Below are positions 1-10,359 of a DNA stretch of 26,463 nucleotides, one piece after another (the stretch's first letter is position 1; each line of letters begins with the position of its first letter). Both the position numbers and the translations under genes were made by a program. Source of the stretch: Chiloscyllium plagiosum (lineage: Eukaryota); the NCBI RefSeq assembly GCF_004010195.1, contig NC_057718.1, forward strand, positions 52,242,238 through 52,268,700, read 5' to 3'. Under the pieces are notes generated by a model. The model searched no databases. It saw only the letters and a program-made list of their open reading frames with translations, and was not told the DNA's origin.

Positions 1-296
1 TCAGTGACATTGTTGAGGTTCAGGTAAATTACTTCATTTCCTGGACTTTCCCAAAGGTTTGGGGCATCATGCTGAATGGAGGGACAGAAGTGTGTGACTG
101 CTCATGGGAGTTTGGAGTTAGGCTACACAACACAACACAATACAACAGTGATGTCCAGATAAACATTTCGAACTTGAACATTGTTATTTATGGTCTGTAC
201 TGGTGTATGGCTGTGGAGTACACAAAGACCACCACTGATAAACAAGGCACTGTGTTTGCCACTCTCAGCTGGTGTTTGTTAGTATCTGCCTGATTG

Positions 297-643
297 GGGA
301 GGCACAATAGCACTATGGTAAGCACTGTTGCCTCACAGCACCGGGGACCCAGGCTCAATTCCAGCCTCGGGTGACTGTCTGTGTGCAGTTTGTACATTCT
401 CCCCGTGTCTGCATAGGTTTCCACTGCGTGCTCTGGTTTCCTCCCACAGTCCAAAGAAATGCAGGTTGGGTGGATTGACCATGCTAAATTGCCCATAATA
501 TCCAAGGATGTGTAGGCTTGGTGGATTAGCCATGGGAAATACAGGGCTACAGAGACTGGGTAGGGAGGTGGGCCTGGGTGGGATGCTCTTTGGCAAACTC
601 AATGGGCTGAATGGACTGCTTCCATACTGTAGGAATTCTATGA
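297..643 (+). mobile_element. HE1-like tRNA-derived V-SINE
   Basis: tRNA-like head (ggcacaatagcactatggtaagcactgttgcctcacagc...ggctcaattccagcc), V-domain core (ggtttcctcccacagtccaaaga..tgcaggtt...ccatgctaaattgccc) and CR1-like tail (atgggctgaatggactgcttccatactgtagg..ttctatga). A second copy lies at 8222-8570. Confidence 0.9.
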
Positions 644-1233
644 TCGTCTGTTGTCTTCATAGCGGCAGCTAGTTTCTCCAGTTAGTCAAGGAATGATTAA
701 CAGTTCAGCTATACTCCAATATAAGTTAGAGTGGGATTGTGTCACATTGCAAAAATGGTGAACACTTGCAAGGTGTATTGAGTGTTTATGTTATCAAGGT
801 GGAATGCAGTGACTTGTGCTTTAGAAGTTCAGTTTGAGAATCTATTTCCATAAATATTGCTCCGTGGTATTTAGTTTTCTATCCTTTCATTACTAAAGGA
901 AGTCATCTGCACTAAAACTTCAAACTACCTGGTACACTTAGCTACCTAATGCTGCTGATCTGTGATCTATCGAAAGCTTTAAATCAAATTAGACACAGAC
1001 TTCTGGTATAATTTAAAATACTGTATCCATTAGGAGGATGCACTGATTCAAAGTGATTTGCTAAAAGTAGCAAATGTATTGAGAAAAATATTGTTCAGAC
1101 AGTGAGTGATTCATTTTCAGATTAGAATTTATGAGTACAGTGACAGATCAGGAAAATGTTGAGGGGATTGTGTTATCTGGACTCTTTTTACCATGAGGCA
1201 ATTACATCTCTGAGGATAAAGCCTCAATCTGAT

Positions 1234-1265
1234 CTCCAGCATCTGCAGTCCTCACTTTCTCCTAG
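1234..1265 (+). mobile_element. Isolated Penelope-like element 3' terminus (micro-insertion)
   Basis: ctccagcatctgcagtcctcactttctcctag, the same motif that ends the elements at 1413-1588, 4113-4321 and 18421-18802. Flanked by tcaatctgat (1224-1233) and tcaacctgat (1266-1275), a 9/10 direct repeat. Confidence 0.7.
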
Positions 1266-1412
1266 TCAACCTGATTTGCGCAGTGTTCTGGGAGAGAAGA
1301 GTACAATTACAAGAGAGAGCAGTAAGGAGACTTAGGAGGGAGGAGCGCAGGAACCTCAGTCTTTGCAGCTGTCCAACAGATCGAATTTCTTTCAGCTTGC
1401 TTGGATGACAGT

Positions 1413-1588
1413 TGAAACTTTATTGCTGGAACAGCACAGCAGGTCAGGCAGCATCCAGGGAACAGGAGATTCGACGTTTCGGGCACAGGCCCTTCTTCAG
1501 GAATGCTGGATGCTGCCTGACCTGCTGTGCTGTTCCAGCAATAAAGTTTCAACTTTGATCTCCAGCATCTGCTGACCTCACTTTCTCC
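1413..1588. mobile_element. Palindromic non-autonomous Penelope-derived element
   Basis: Perfect inverted repeat of ~47 bp (1411-1458 vs 1507-1553), PLE terminal motif at 1560-1589, and an 11-bp direct repeat tggatgacagt at 1402-1412 and 1589-1599 (TSD). Confidence 0.85.
1469..1504 (-). ncRNA. Minimal type I hammerhead ribozyme motif
   Basis: Minus strand reads AUUC-CUGAAGA-A-GGGC cugu GCCC-GAA-ACGU-C^-GAAU: stem I AUUC/GAAU, CUGANGA core, 4-bp stem II, GAAA, palindromic ACGU stem III and GUC cleavage triplet. Confidence 0.85.
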
Positions 1589-1887
1589 TGGATGACAGTC
1601 CAGGCTAAGGATCGATGAGATCACTGACCGTGACAATGTGGTACAAGAAGCTATTCAAGTGCAGGGAATAAAATGGAATGTAATGGTAGTTAGGGGTAAT
1701 GTAATGATATGGTCAGAGGTTGTCACAATAAGGAGTGCGAGTTAAGATGTCGGTGTGTCTGTGTTGTGATCCCAGTGCCAGGATATCTGCTTAGGGCTGG
1801 AGAAGAATTTACAGTGACAGTGGAAGGATCTAGTTCATGAATGTCCATGTAGGAACCAGTGACAAGAAAGGAGAGAGAAGGAGGTTC

Positions 1888-1970
1888 ATGGTATGTGGGC
1901 ATTGCTGGCTGCCATTCCTAGTTACTTTTGAGAAGTTCGTGGTGATCTGCCTTCTTAAACCACTGCAATA
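1888..1970 (-). mobile_element. Short 3' end fragment of a LINE (CR1/L2-group)
   Basis: Similar to 7580-7680. The minus strand resembles an ORF2 C-terminus (LQWFKKADHHELLKSN*) followed by a short 3' UTR. Confidence 0.6.
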
Positions 1971-1977
1971 TGCAGAC

Positions 1978-2651
1978 AGATCTTGGGATGCAAGTCCAAA
2001 GTTCCCTGAAAGTGACAACACAATTGAATAAGATGGTACAGAAACTGTATGGCATGTTTGCCTTCATCAATTTGAGCACTGAGTACAAAAGTTAAGAGGT
2101 CATGTTTGAGCTGCATAAAACTTCGATTAGATCACATTTGGAATATTTTGTACACTTCGGTGACCACATGATTGGAAGGATGTGAAGGCTTGGGAGAAGG
2201 TGCAAATGAGGTTTCCAAGGAGGTTGCCTGGAATGGAGTATATCAGCTGTAAGGCAAAGTTGGTCAAACTTGGATTGTTTTTGCTACTGTGTCGGAAGCT
2301 AAGAGGCGACCAAATAGAAGTATATAAATTATAAGAGGCATGACACAATGAATAGTCAGAGTAATTTTTTCCCAAAGTGGAAATGTCAAACAAAATGTTT
2401 AAAGTGAAAGCGCAAAGTTCAAAAAGAGATGTGCAGAGAGATGGGAGGTGCTTGGAACATGCTGCCAGGGGAGGTAGTAGAAGCAAATACAATGGCAACA
2501 TTGAAGAGACATTTCGACAGATACATGAAGAGGCAGGGAATAGAGGGATATGAACCATATGCAGTCAGACGGGATTAGTTTAGCATTACTTCGTGGTCAG
2601 CATGGACGTGGTGGGTCGAAGGGCCTGTTCCTGTGCTGTACTGTTCTTTGT
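1978..2651 (+). mobile_element. CR1 LINE 3' fragment (ORF2 C-terminus plus 3' UTR), decayed
   Basis: DLGMQVQSSLKV..., LPGME..., RKLRGDQIEVYKI-type motifs; tail gggtcgaagggcctgttcctgtgctgtactgttct. Confidence 0.9.
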
Positions 2652-4112
2652 CTGATGGAAACAGATTTAGCTAAAGGGAATTGGCAAATCAGGTCATAGA
2701 GATGCAGTGGCAGATATGTAATGGGATATTGCAAAATACACACATTCTAACTATAAATTCACATTCTATCTACCTCTGATAATCATTCACCACCTTGCTC
2801 ACCACCTCTGCCTTGAAAATATTCAAAGCCTCCTCTACTCACCCCTTCCCCCTGCAGCCCATGAGAAAGCTCACCAGGATTTACTTTATGGGATCCCCAG
2901 TTGTAAGAACCACACTTGCCATTGACAACAAATAGGAAGGTCAACCCAGAATTTGTTTGGGCAGTGGCAGGAAGGTTAGGTGTCTCCACCAAACCTCTTC
3001 CTGCCTGATTAAATGCTCAAACATCAAATTCACCAAAGGGTAGGACACAAAAGTCCCCCCATTATTTTGGTCATCCATGCTGACTAATTCGGAACTCTTA
3101 ATTTGCGTTAATGCCACAAACTTAGATCTGGAGCCAGAATAACCTGATCTAAAATGGCTTGAGATTAGAAGAAATCCCGCAAAATTAGAAAATTGAATGA
3201 CTTTCAAATTCTGCCGTCAGTTTTCCAAATACAAGCTAACATTAGCTTTGTAAACCTAATACTAGCTTGTTTACAACATTATAGCACCATCAACATGCCT
3301 TCAGTTCCAGTTAAGGATGGCTTAAGTTAATCATGGCTACTGGGAAAGAAGGGCTTTCCACTGAAATGGCTGGTGACTGTCATATGCAAACCATACATAC
3401 ATATGCATTCTGCTTAAAATGCTAGCCATGCTGCCGCATTAAGTTTCACCAATTTCACTCTGGATTGCTCAAGAATGGTTTGGCACCACTCAGCTGAATT
3501 AGAATCAAGGTTCATCAATCGTCGACTGAAAGCTGCAAAACCTCACCAACATGAGGGGACAGCCCTTCTACCAGCTTTGCAATGAGTAGCTGAAGACAAG
3601 CAGTATGAGGAAATGAAGGATGTTCTTCTGTTCAGGCTAAACATCGATACTGTGATTAACTTTGAAAGAAATCTACCTGCTTTGTACAAAATATTTTTAG
3701 GTGTAACAATACATGTTTTGAAAATAATATGTTGACTACTTCAATATGAAATAAGCTACAATTGATATGTAGAAAATAAATGGGAACGTATATCACTTTA
3801 TGGTTGAAAGCAGGCAATTCCTGATGTATTGCAAAAATATCAAAAACTCTTTAAGAGTTTGTCCTTTGACTTTAGAGATAATATGGTTGGTGTTACTGAA
3901 TAAGTGATGTAATTTCCGACTGAGAGTCACCAATGTGGCCCAAAAGCATCCCTTATGCATGCACATTTATCAACTGGATTTCCATCTGGGAAAAAGAACT
4001 AATCCAGATGCAATACCAGTAACATCAACTCGAATGGCCCATCCACAACAGTCACACACAATGTACCTTTCTTTCACAAACTGTGATAGTGTTCACTTAA
4101 CAAAGATAAATA

Positions 4113-4321
4113 ACATAGAGGAAGTGAGGATTGCAGATACTGGAGCTCAGAGTCAAGAGTGTAGTGCTGGAAAAGCACAGCAGGTCAGACAACATCCGAG
4201 GAGCAGCAGAATTGATGTTTCTAACATAAGCCCTTCATCAGGGCTTATGCCCAAAACGTCGATTCACCTGCTCCTCGGATGCTGCCTGACCTACTGTACT
4301 GTTCCAGCACTACACTCTCGA
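4113..4321. mobile_element. Palindromic non-autonomous Penelope-derived element (older copy) with degenerate hammerhead halves
   Basis: Long imperfect inverted repeat centred on ataagcccttcatcagggcttat (4226-4248). Reversed PLE terminus at 4117-4146. Flanks caaagataaata (4101-4112) and caaagatatata (4322-4333) match at 11/12. Confidence 0.85.
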
Positions 4322-5409
4322 CAAAGATATATATTGTTACAAAATAAGTATTCCAAGCCTAATTTATGAATGAAGTACTGTCATTTTTAAACACAAACAT
4401 TTTAAAATAATTATTTGTGCATTCCATAAATATCTGCCTTCCATTTACTTTTACCTGTCCTCGTGTTCCTCTATCCTAGTTATCCTAGTAGCTGCAACAT
4501 AGCTACCAAATTTGTAACACTGCAGGGTGCCATGAAGGATGTCCTCAAAAAGACCTAGTTTCAGGCTGCACCACAAAGGGATAGGCACCAGCAGTTTGGG
4601 TTGACAGGTATTAGCAAGACTACCAGAGTTTAATGAGGAATAATATCTTCCATTGATGGTGCAGAATATTTTTGCTCCAGACAGCCACTGCCATTCCCCT
4701 GTGATGGCAAATCAATAGTTCAAATCATGTGTAGGGGTGAAAGGCTTCTAAGAGTAGAGTGATACCCTGCAAATCTAATTGCATGAAGAAATCTACTGTC
4801 ACAAGAGCAGCAAGGTGGCCTTGAATGATGACAGCTTGAGCTTCCAGTGCAGCACCCAGACAATAGGTATTCCTATATGTGCTAGAATGAGTGCTGGAAT
4901 ATCAGCCAACAGATTCTACATCATGTTCAGATCCAGAATTCTGCAAACTGTGTTCACCATCATTATAGCGTTAGGGCATTATAGCGCCCTGAAATAAGCC
5001 CTGAGCCAAGTTTTTCTGGCTCCTTGTTCGTGATATTGACTGTCAGGCTTCTGTAACTCTGATGAATGAGCAAAGGATTTTATTGTGCTTCCTATCAGGT
5101 CTCTTCTGTAGGCTCCTATCATCTACTCCAGCCACAATGCAGCTCATCTTTAAGAGGTGCAGGCAAGCTTGAGGCATTGGTTTGGTAATTGCAAGCTACT
5201 TGTGACATTGACACTGCCCGCCCAGCCCAGTATTCCAGTGGTTCCATGTGGCAGTCTTGTCCTGGTGTCACATTCTCATCAAGGAATGGTGATCTTGTCC
5301 TGGCTGTGTGTTTTGGGTATTCCATCGTTGCTCAATCTGCTCTTTCCCCAACCCAGGAGCTGTAAACTGAACTGTGATGGCATTTGTCTTAATTTTACTC
5401 TTTAAAATG

Positions 5410-5523
5410 ATTATGTATGACATGTGTCACTAATGTAGGCGCTACGGTAGGGCAACTTACAAAACTTGTCACTTTTTTATGCAAAAGTACACGTGACAGT
5501 AAATTTCTATTCTATTCTATTCT
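5410..5523 (+). mobile_element. LINE 3' tail (Rex1/Babar- or L2-like) with (ATTCT)n end
   Basis: cttgtcact...gtacacgtgacagtaaa followed by tandem ttcta/attct units. Family assignment is uncertain. Confidence 0.55.
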
Positions 5524-6116
5524 GAATGTGCTTTCAGACAATAAACAGCACAGTTGGTGTTGCCTGGTTGCAGAGATTATTCAAATACGAGGCAGCATAA
5601 ATCAACAAGCATACATTATTTATGCTTCACAATCACCTCGTCTGTTTTCCTGAGATAACTAACTGAATGTGTTATGATCCCTGCTGATGGAACTACTGGA
5701 CAAACTGGATCCTACAATAAAACTAGGCTTGATAGATCATATGTTTAATTTTTTTTAGTTTGCCAACGTGGTGGTTAGTCACTAAAACATGTTGACACGA
5801 GGCTGCTGATGCACTCAAATGATGAAACAGAAGGTTACCACACAAAAGAGAAAAGAAAAACAAACCACACCATATAATGTGAAGACAGTTTAGAAAGTTT
5901 TCAACACAAATGCCAAAACAAAGTTTCAATCTTTTTTTCAACACTCAAATCCAGAGAAATTGTGTTCCTATCTCAACTCTTTACATTTATACCTCACTGC
6001 CTCCTTCCAGACTATTTTCCATTGATGTCAGAGACAGTTTTATGGCTCATGTCTGATTCTGTGGACAGGAAACTTGTACAATTTATAGGACCAAAAGTTT
6101 CTCAGTTCTCACAATA

Positions 6117-6333
6117 CAGGTCATTCTGCTTTTATGTGCATTTCGTTAATGCAAATTTGCTATAAAGCGATTGATGAATTGGAGACACTGTTCCTATAGC
6201 ATGAACTTTTAAAATGTATGTTGGTTATAAAAGGTTTCTAGCCACATTAGTAAATGGTGCTGCTATTACATGAATTTCTTACAACATGAGATTGCACAAG
6301 AACGGCACTAATGTGTTATAGCAGAACTGACTA
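6117..6333. mobile_element. Tc1/mariner (Tigger-like) MITE
   Basis: TA|caggtcattctgctttta ... tgttatagcagaactgacta|TA: imperfect terminal inverted repeats with TA on both flanks, no coding capacity. Confidence 0.65.
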
Positions 6334-6365
6334 TACAAGCTTTTCTGGCTTAGAGACTCTGCATT

Positions 6366-6880
6366 ATAGAGTCATAGCAATGTACAGCATGGAAACAGAC
6401 CCTTCGGTCCAACCTGTCCATGCTGACCAAATATCCCAACCCAATCTTGTCCCCCCTGCCAGAACCTGGCCCATATCCCTCCAAACCCTTCCTATTCATA
6501 TACCCATCCAAATGCCTTTTAAATATTGCAATTGTACCAGCCTCCACCACTTCCTCTGGCAGCTCATTCCATATATACCACCCTCTGCATGAAAATGTTG
6601 CCCCTTAGGTCTCTTTTATATCTTTCCCCTCTCACCTTAAACCTATGCCCTCTAGTTCTGGACTCCTCCACCCCAGAGAAAAGACTTTGTCTCTTTATCC
6701 TATCCATGCCCCTTATAATTTTGTAAACCTCTATAAGGTCACCCCTCAGCCTCCGACCTTCCAGGGAAAACAGCCACAGCCTGTTCAGCCTCTCCCAATA
6801 ATGCAAATCCTCCAACCCTGGCAACATCCTTTTCTGAAACCTTTTAAGTTTCACAACATCTTTCCGATAGGAAGGAGATT
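6366..6880 (-). mobile_element. CR1 LINE 3' fragment
   Basis: Minus-strand ORFs give RMLPGLEDLHYWERLNRLWLFSLEGRRLRGDLIEVYKI...RTRGHRFKVRGERYKRDLRGNIF and FKRHLDGYMNRKGLEGYG, the typical CR1 ORF2 C-terminus; (gactcta)-type tail. Confidence 0.95.
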
Positions 6881-7468
6881 AGATTAGAAAACATTTCTGG
6901 TGAGGTGGCTGGTATCCAAGAACATAACTAAAAAACTCTTCTCATAAACAAAAGCTGTTGACTTTTGTCTGAATGGAACTGAATAAAGCCAGCTCTTCTC
7001 CTCTGAAGTCAAACATAATGGATTGTTTTCAGTTTACTCTGCCTCTCATGAACACACCAGTATAAACATCTTAGGAGTAACATAACAGGGGTTCTCCTAA
7101 GCCTTTGAATTCAATTACCTTCTTTCTTAACAATGCAATATTTAGGTCCCTATTCCAGAGAGATTTTCTGAATTTTTAAAAGACCTTTCACACAACCTGA
7201 CCAAAATCTTTCTGCCTCTATTTTAGAATCTAATTTCCAAAAATTATAAGAACACGAGAGAAGTTTCATCACAAATGCCCAGAATAATATTTTCCTACTT
7301 TATCAATATGCTGTTTGTCAAATTGGAAGGAACACGTTATTTAAGCATCATAAAGGTAAAAAGAACACACCATGAGAAATTCTTAATCATCTTGATACAA
7401 ACCTGTGGCCAACTACTGTAACATTCACAGAATATAGCAACATTATTTTCTTTACTTGATATTATTAG

Positions 7469-7483
7469 TATATATATATATAT
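7469..7483. repeat. (TA)7 microsatellite
   Basis: tatatatatatatat read directly from the sequence. Confidence 0.9.
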
Positions 7484-7579
7484 GTATTTCTTTTAAAAAT
7501 AAGTTCAACAAATTGGAATTTCAAAAAAATGGTGTTTGGTCCAGTGTGAAAATGAGTTTAAAATGACAGTTATATTATT

Positions 7580-7870
7580 TATTCATGGGATATGAATGGC
7601 TCTGGCTGGGCTTATATTTAATTACTATCCCTTGTTACCCTTGAGAAGTTGGTGGTAGGCTGCCATCTTGAGCTGCTGCAACGCTTGTGGTGTAGAGATA
7701 TTCAGAAGGAATTTGCAGTATTTTGACCTATCGAAAGCAAAGGAATGAAATTATAGTTCCAAACAAACATGGTGTGTGACTTGGAAGTGAAGTTCCAGGT
7801 GTGGTATCTTCCTGCATTTGTTATCCTTATTTTTCTAGGTCATTGAGGTCTCAAGGTTTTGAGTTGCTGA
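7580..7870 (-). mobile_element. Decayed LINE 3' end (same family as 1888-1970)
   Basis: ttcatgggatatg...cccttgagaagttggtggtaggctgccatcttgagctgctgca; minus strand resembles LQQLKMAAYHQLLKGN. Boundaries approximate. Confidence 0.65.
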
Positions 7871-8221
7871 ACAGAGGGAAGTATAGAGTTAGGAGCTTCT
7901 CATGGTTGGCTTAGGACATTATCCCACTGTAGAAAAGGATAGGTGAGTCAATGTTGAAAGAGATTTTTATCCCACACCAATCAACCAACAGTAGTCTCCT
8001 CTACTCCACACAAACATATATCTGGTGGAGCAGAGGGGCAGGAACAAGTCTGCCAATCTTTACAAGGTGTCAACATATCCTGAAGAAAGACAGTAGTTGA
8101 CAATGAGGGCATGACTTAGGGAGTTTGGATTCTAGGGTGTTGAGAAGCAACAGCTTCGACTGGAAAAGCAGACCCTTGACTGGCAGATGGATAGAGGATA
8201 GCAAGAGGAGCAGGATCAGTG

Positions 8222-8570
8222 TAGCACAGTGGGTACATGGTTAGCACTGCATTCTCACAGTGTCGGGACCCAGATTTGATCCCACTCTCGGGCAACTGTC
8301 TGTTTGAAGTTTTCACATTCACCCCGTGTCAGCGTGGGTTTCCTCCAGGTGCTCCAGTTTCCTCCCACAGTCCAAAGATGTGCAGGTTAGATGAATTGGC
8401 CATGCTAAATTGCCCACAGTGTCCAGGAATGTGCAGGCTAGGTGGGTTAGCCATGGGAAATGCAGGGTTACAAGAATGAGAGTGGGTTTGAGTTTTGGTG
8501 GGAAGCCCTTCAAAGGATTGGTGTGGACTTTATGGGCCAAATGGCCTGCATCCACACTGGAGGGATTCTT
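8222..8570 (+). mobile_element. HE1-like V-SINE (second copy)
   Basis: Collinear with 297-643: tggttagcactgc...gggacccag, tttcctcccacagtccaaagatgtgcaggttag, ggccatgctaaattgccc, tail atgggccaaatggcctgcatccacactg. Confidence 0.9.
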
Positions 8571-9651
8571 AAAAAAAAGAAAGCAAGGGACATCGTACTG
8601 ATAATAGAGGATGTAAAGTGACTTTGAAAAATTAGCTGGCTTTTTCTTGCATCTGAAATTTTAATGTTCAATGATCAATCTTTACCTAATAAACATTTCA
8701 TAACCATTATGTTATGTAAGAAACATCACCACCATCCTCATGCCTTTTCCATTTTGACCCCCAAGTACCTCTTCCAGATCAACCTATGCTCCTCTACTCA
8801 AACAACTTGCTTTGCCAAAACGTACCTCTTCACATTTGCTGCTAGTATATTATTCATTCATCAAAACAGATATTTTTAGTCCAACACGTAATGCATATAT
8901 CATCAAGAATTTGCTCCAATCATAATCTAATTTCAGTTATGTAAAGGGAAAATTCTAAAAAATGCATTCTTCTTAAATTGTAGCTTAAACTTTAAGGAAT
9001 ATACTGTTTAAGCATTAGAGCCCGGTATACATTCCAACAGTTCCAAGTAAATAAATAATCCTCAAAATGTAATTTAGGGCCAAATTAAAATGATTCTCAA
9101 TTCTAAGATAGCCTTAATTGTATGCTTGGTATTGGTACTAACATGAAATCTCATAATTCAGATTGAATATTCTAACTGAACAGCCATTTATTAAGATGCA
9201 AGACACTAGTTATGAAGCACATCATTTATGCATTACAACATCATTAATAATGTTTAGTACAGGTTGTAAGGGACTAGGCATTTGCTGTGATTGAGGTAGG
9301 ATATAGTTCTTACAAAAAAATTTCATTGTTAATCAGTTGACGATGTTTACGAACAGTAAGTTTACGGGAACTTTGTTATTGACTATTGACAATTATTCTG
9401 TTGAATGATGTCTGAGTGCGCACCATACAGTTTAAACAATGTACTTGCAATCTGATTAACAAAACGTTTTTCTGTAAAAGAATTTATGTATGGTGACTAT
9501 ACAGCTAAAAGAAGGCAAATTTCTTTATAAAATTGAATCCATCTATTTATTTTAAGCGCAAGAGAAATTAAATAATATTAACTTTGGTGAGCAATCACCT
9601 GAAATATATTATTCACTCCCACAGCAAGTGATAGGATTATGCCCTTGCAAC

Positions 9652-9782
9652 ATGATTTGGGGATGCCGGTGTTGGATTGGGGTGTACAAAGTTAAAAATC
9701 ACACAACACCAGGTTATAGTCCAACAGGTTTAATTGGAAGCACACGAGCTTTCGGAGTGACGCTCCTTCATCAGGTGGTTGT
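9652..9782 (-). mobile_element. Short hammerhead-bearing retroelement fragment (second PLE-type family)
   Basis: 131-bp insert flanked by cttgcaac (9644-9651) and cttacaac (9783-9790). Contains a hammerhead core at its 5' end; the remaining sequence differs from the 1413/4113 family. Confidence 0.75.
9743..9777 (-). ncRNA. Minimal type I hammerhead ribozyme motif
   Basis: Minus strand reads CAC-CUGAUGA-A-GGAG cguca CUCC-GAA-AGCU-C^-GUG: stem I CAC/GUG, intact core, 4-bp stem II, palindromic AGCU stem III and CUC cleavage triplet. Confidence 0.8.
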
Positions 9783-10359
9783 CTTACAACCCCTTACATG
9801 TTCAAGAAAATTAATACAACATTTAACATTGTTTATTAGTTTGAATACAATGCAAGCTTCACTTTGTTTGATAGCTTGACATTTCAAATTTAGACATGCC
9901 TGTTTATTGTTTTTTGACCACCCAGTATTACTTTGTGATATGCTCTCCTTCTGAGTAGGATACACTCAATATTACAGAAAATGAAATAAATAATGTGAGG
10001 AAAAATGCACCAAGATCTGATTGTGTATCAATGGAAAAAGTTAAAACATTTTGAGTATGTCTGGGGTTCTGTTCACTCTGAGACCTGACTCAGAGGAAGC
10101 TGGATCAGTGTCAAGGACTTTCCAGGGTAAACAAAGTTTGATTGGTGATGGGATATCAGCCTCTGTGGAATTTTTTCAGGATCAGTTCACATTCAGTAAT
10201 AAATTGCTAAAATGTGTCAATCCTTGTCACAATTTAATTCTATTTTAGCAGCAAAACAAATGCAAACAACATTATGTTGATCAGCAATCTACATCTATGG
10301 CATTATAACACTGACTGCAGTGCAGAACCACATAAAAATCAAAGTAAATTCTATTCTCA

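Larger units (their letters stand above)
1310..1888 (+). mobile_element. Decayed CR1 LINE ORF1 (SGNH esterase region), interrupted by the 1413-1588 insertion
   Basis: VHVGTSD (1843-1863) matches VHVGTND in the intact ORF1 at the window end; tgttgtgatcccagtgccagg resembles the CCLPGAR codons. Frameshifted; boundaries approximate. Confidence 0.7.
5670..7273. mobile_element. Putative solo LTR carrying nested MITE and CR1 insertions
   Basis: Starts TGTTATGA and ends TCATCACA (7/8 inverted match, TG...CA). 4-bp direct repeat AATG at 5666-5669 and 7274-7277. Confidence 0.6.

Noticed and set aside
1..29. Possible exon end (...SDIVEVQ, CAG|GTAAAT at 23/24)
   Set aside because: Only 23 nt are visible, so it cannot be distinguished from a chance donor site.
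188..602. 105-aa and 89-aa ORFs (also 8116-8601)
   Set aside because: They are translations of the non-coding HE1 SINE copies.
1307..1636. 109-aa ORF, and the 144-aa ORF at 3935-4369
   Set aside because: They read through the palindromic PLE-derived inserts and show no recognisable protein features.
2127..2558. 143-aa minus-strand ORF
   Set aside because: Antisense to a CR1 ORF2 fragment.
3548..3590. Minus-strand 43-nt exon candidate with HCKAG in one frame
   Set aside because: It lacks the Arg of the CX5R phosphatase motif and no partner exons were found.
5059..5080. CTGATGA hammerhead-like core
   Set aside because: No stem II or GAAA follows.
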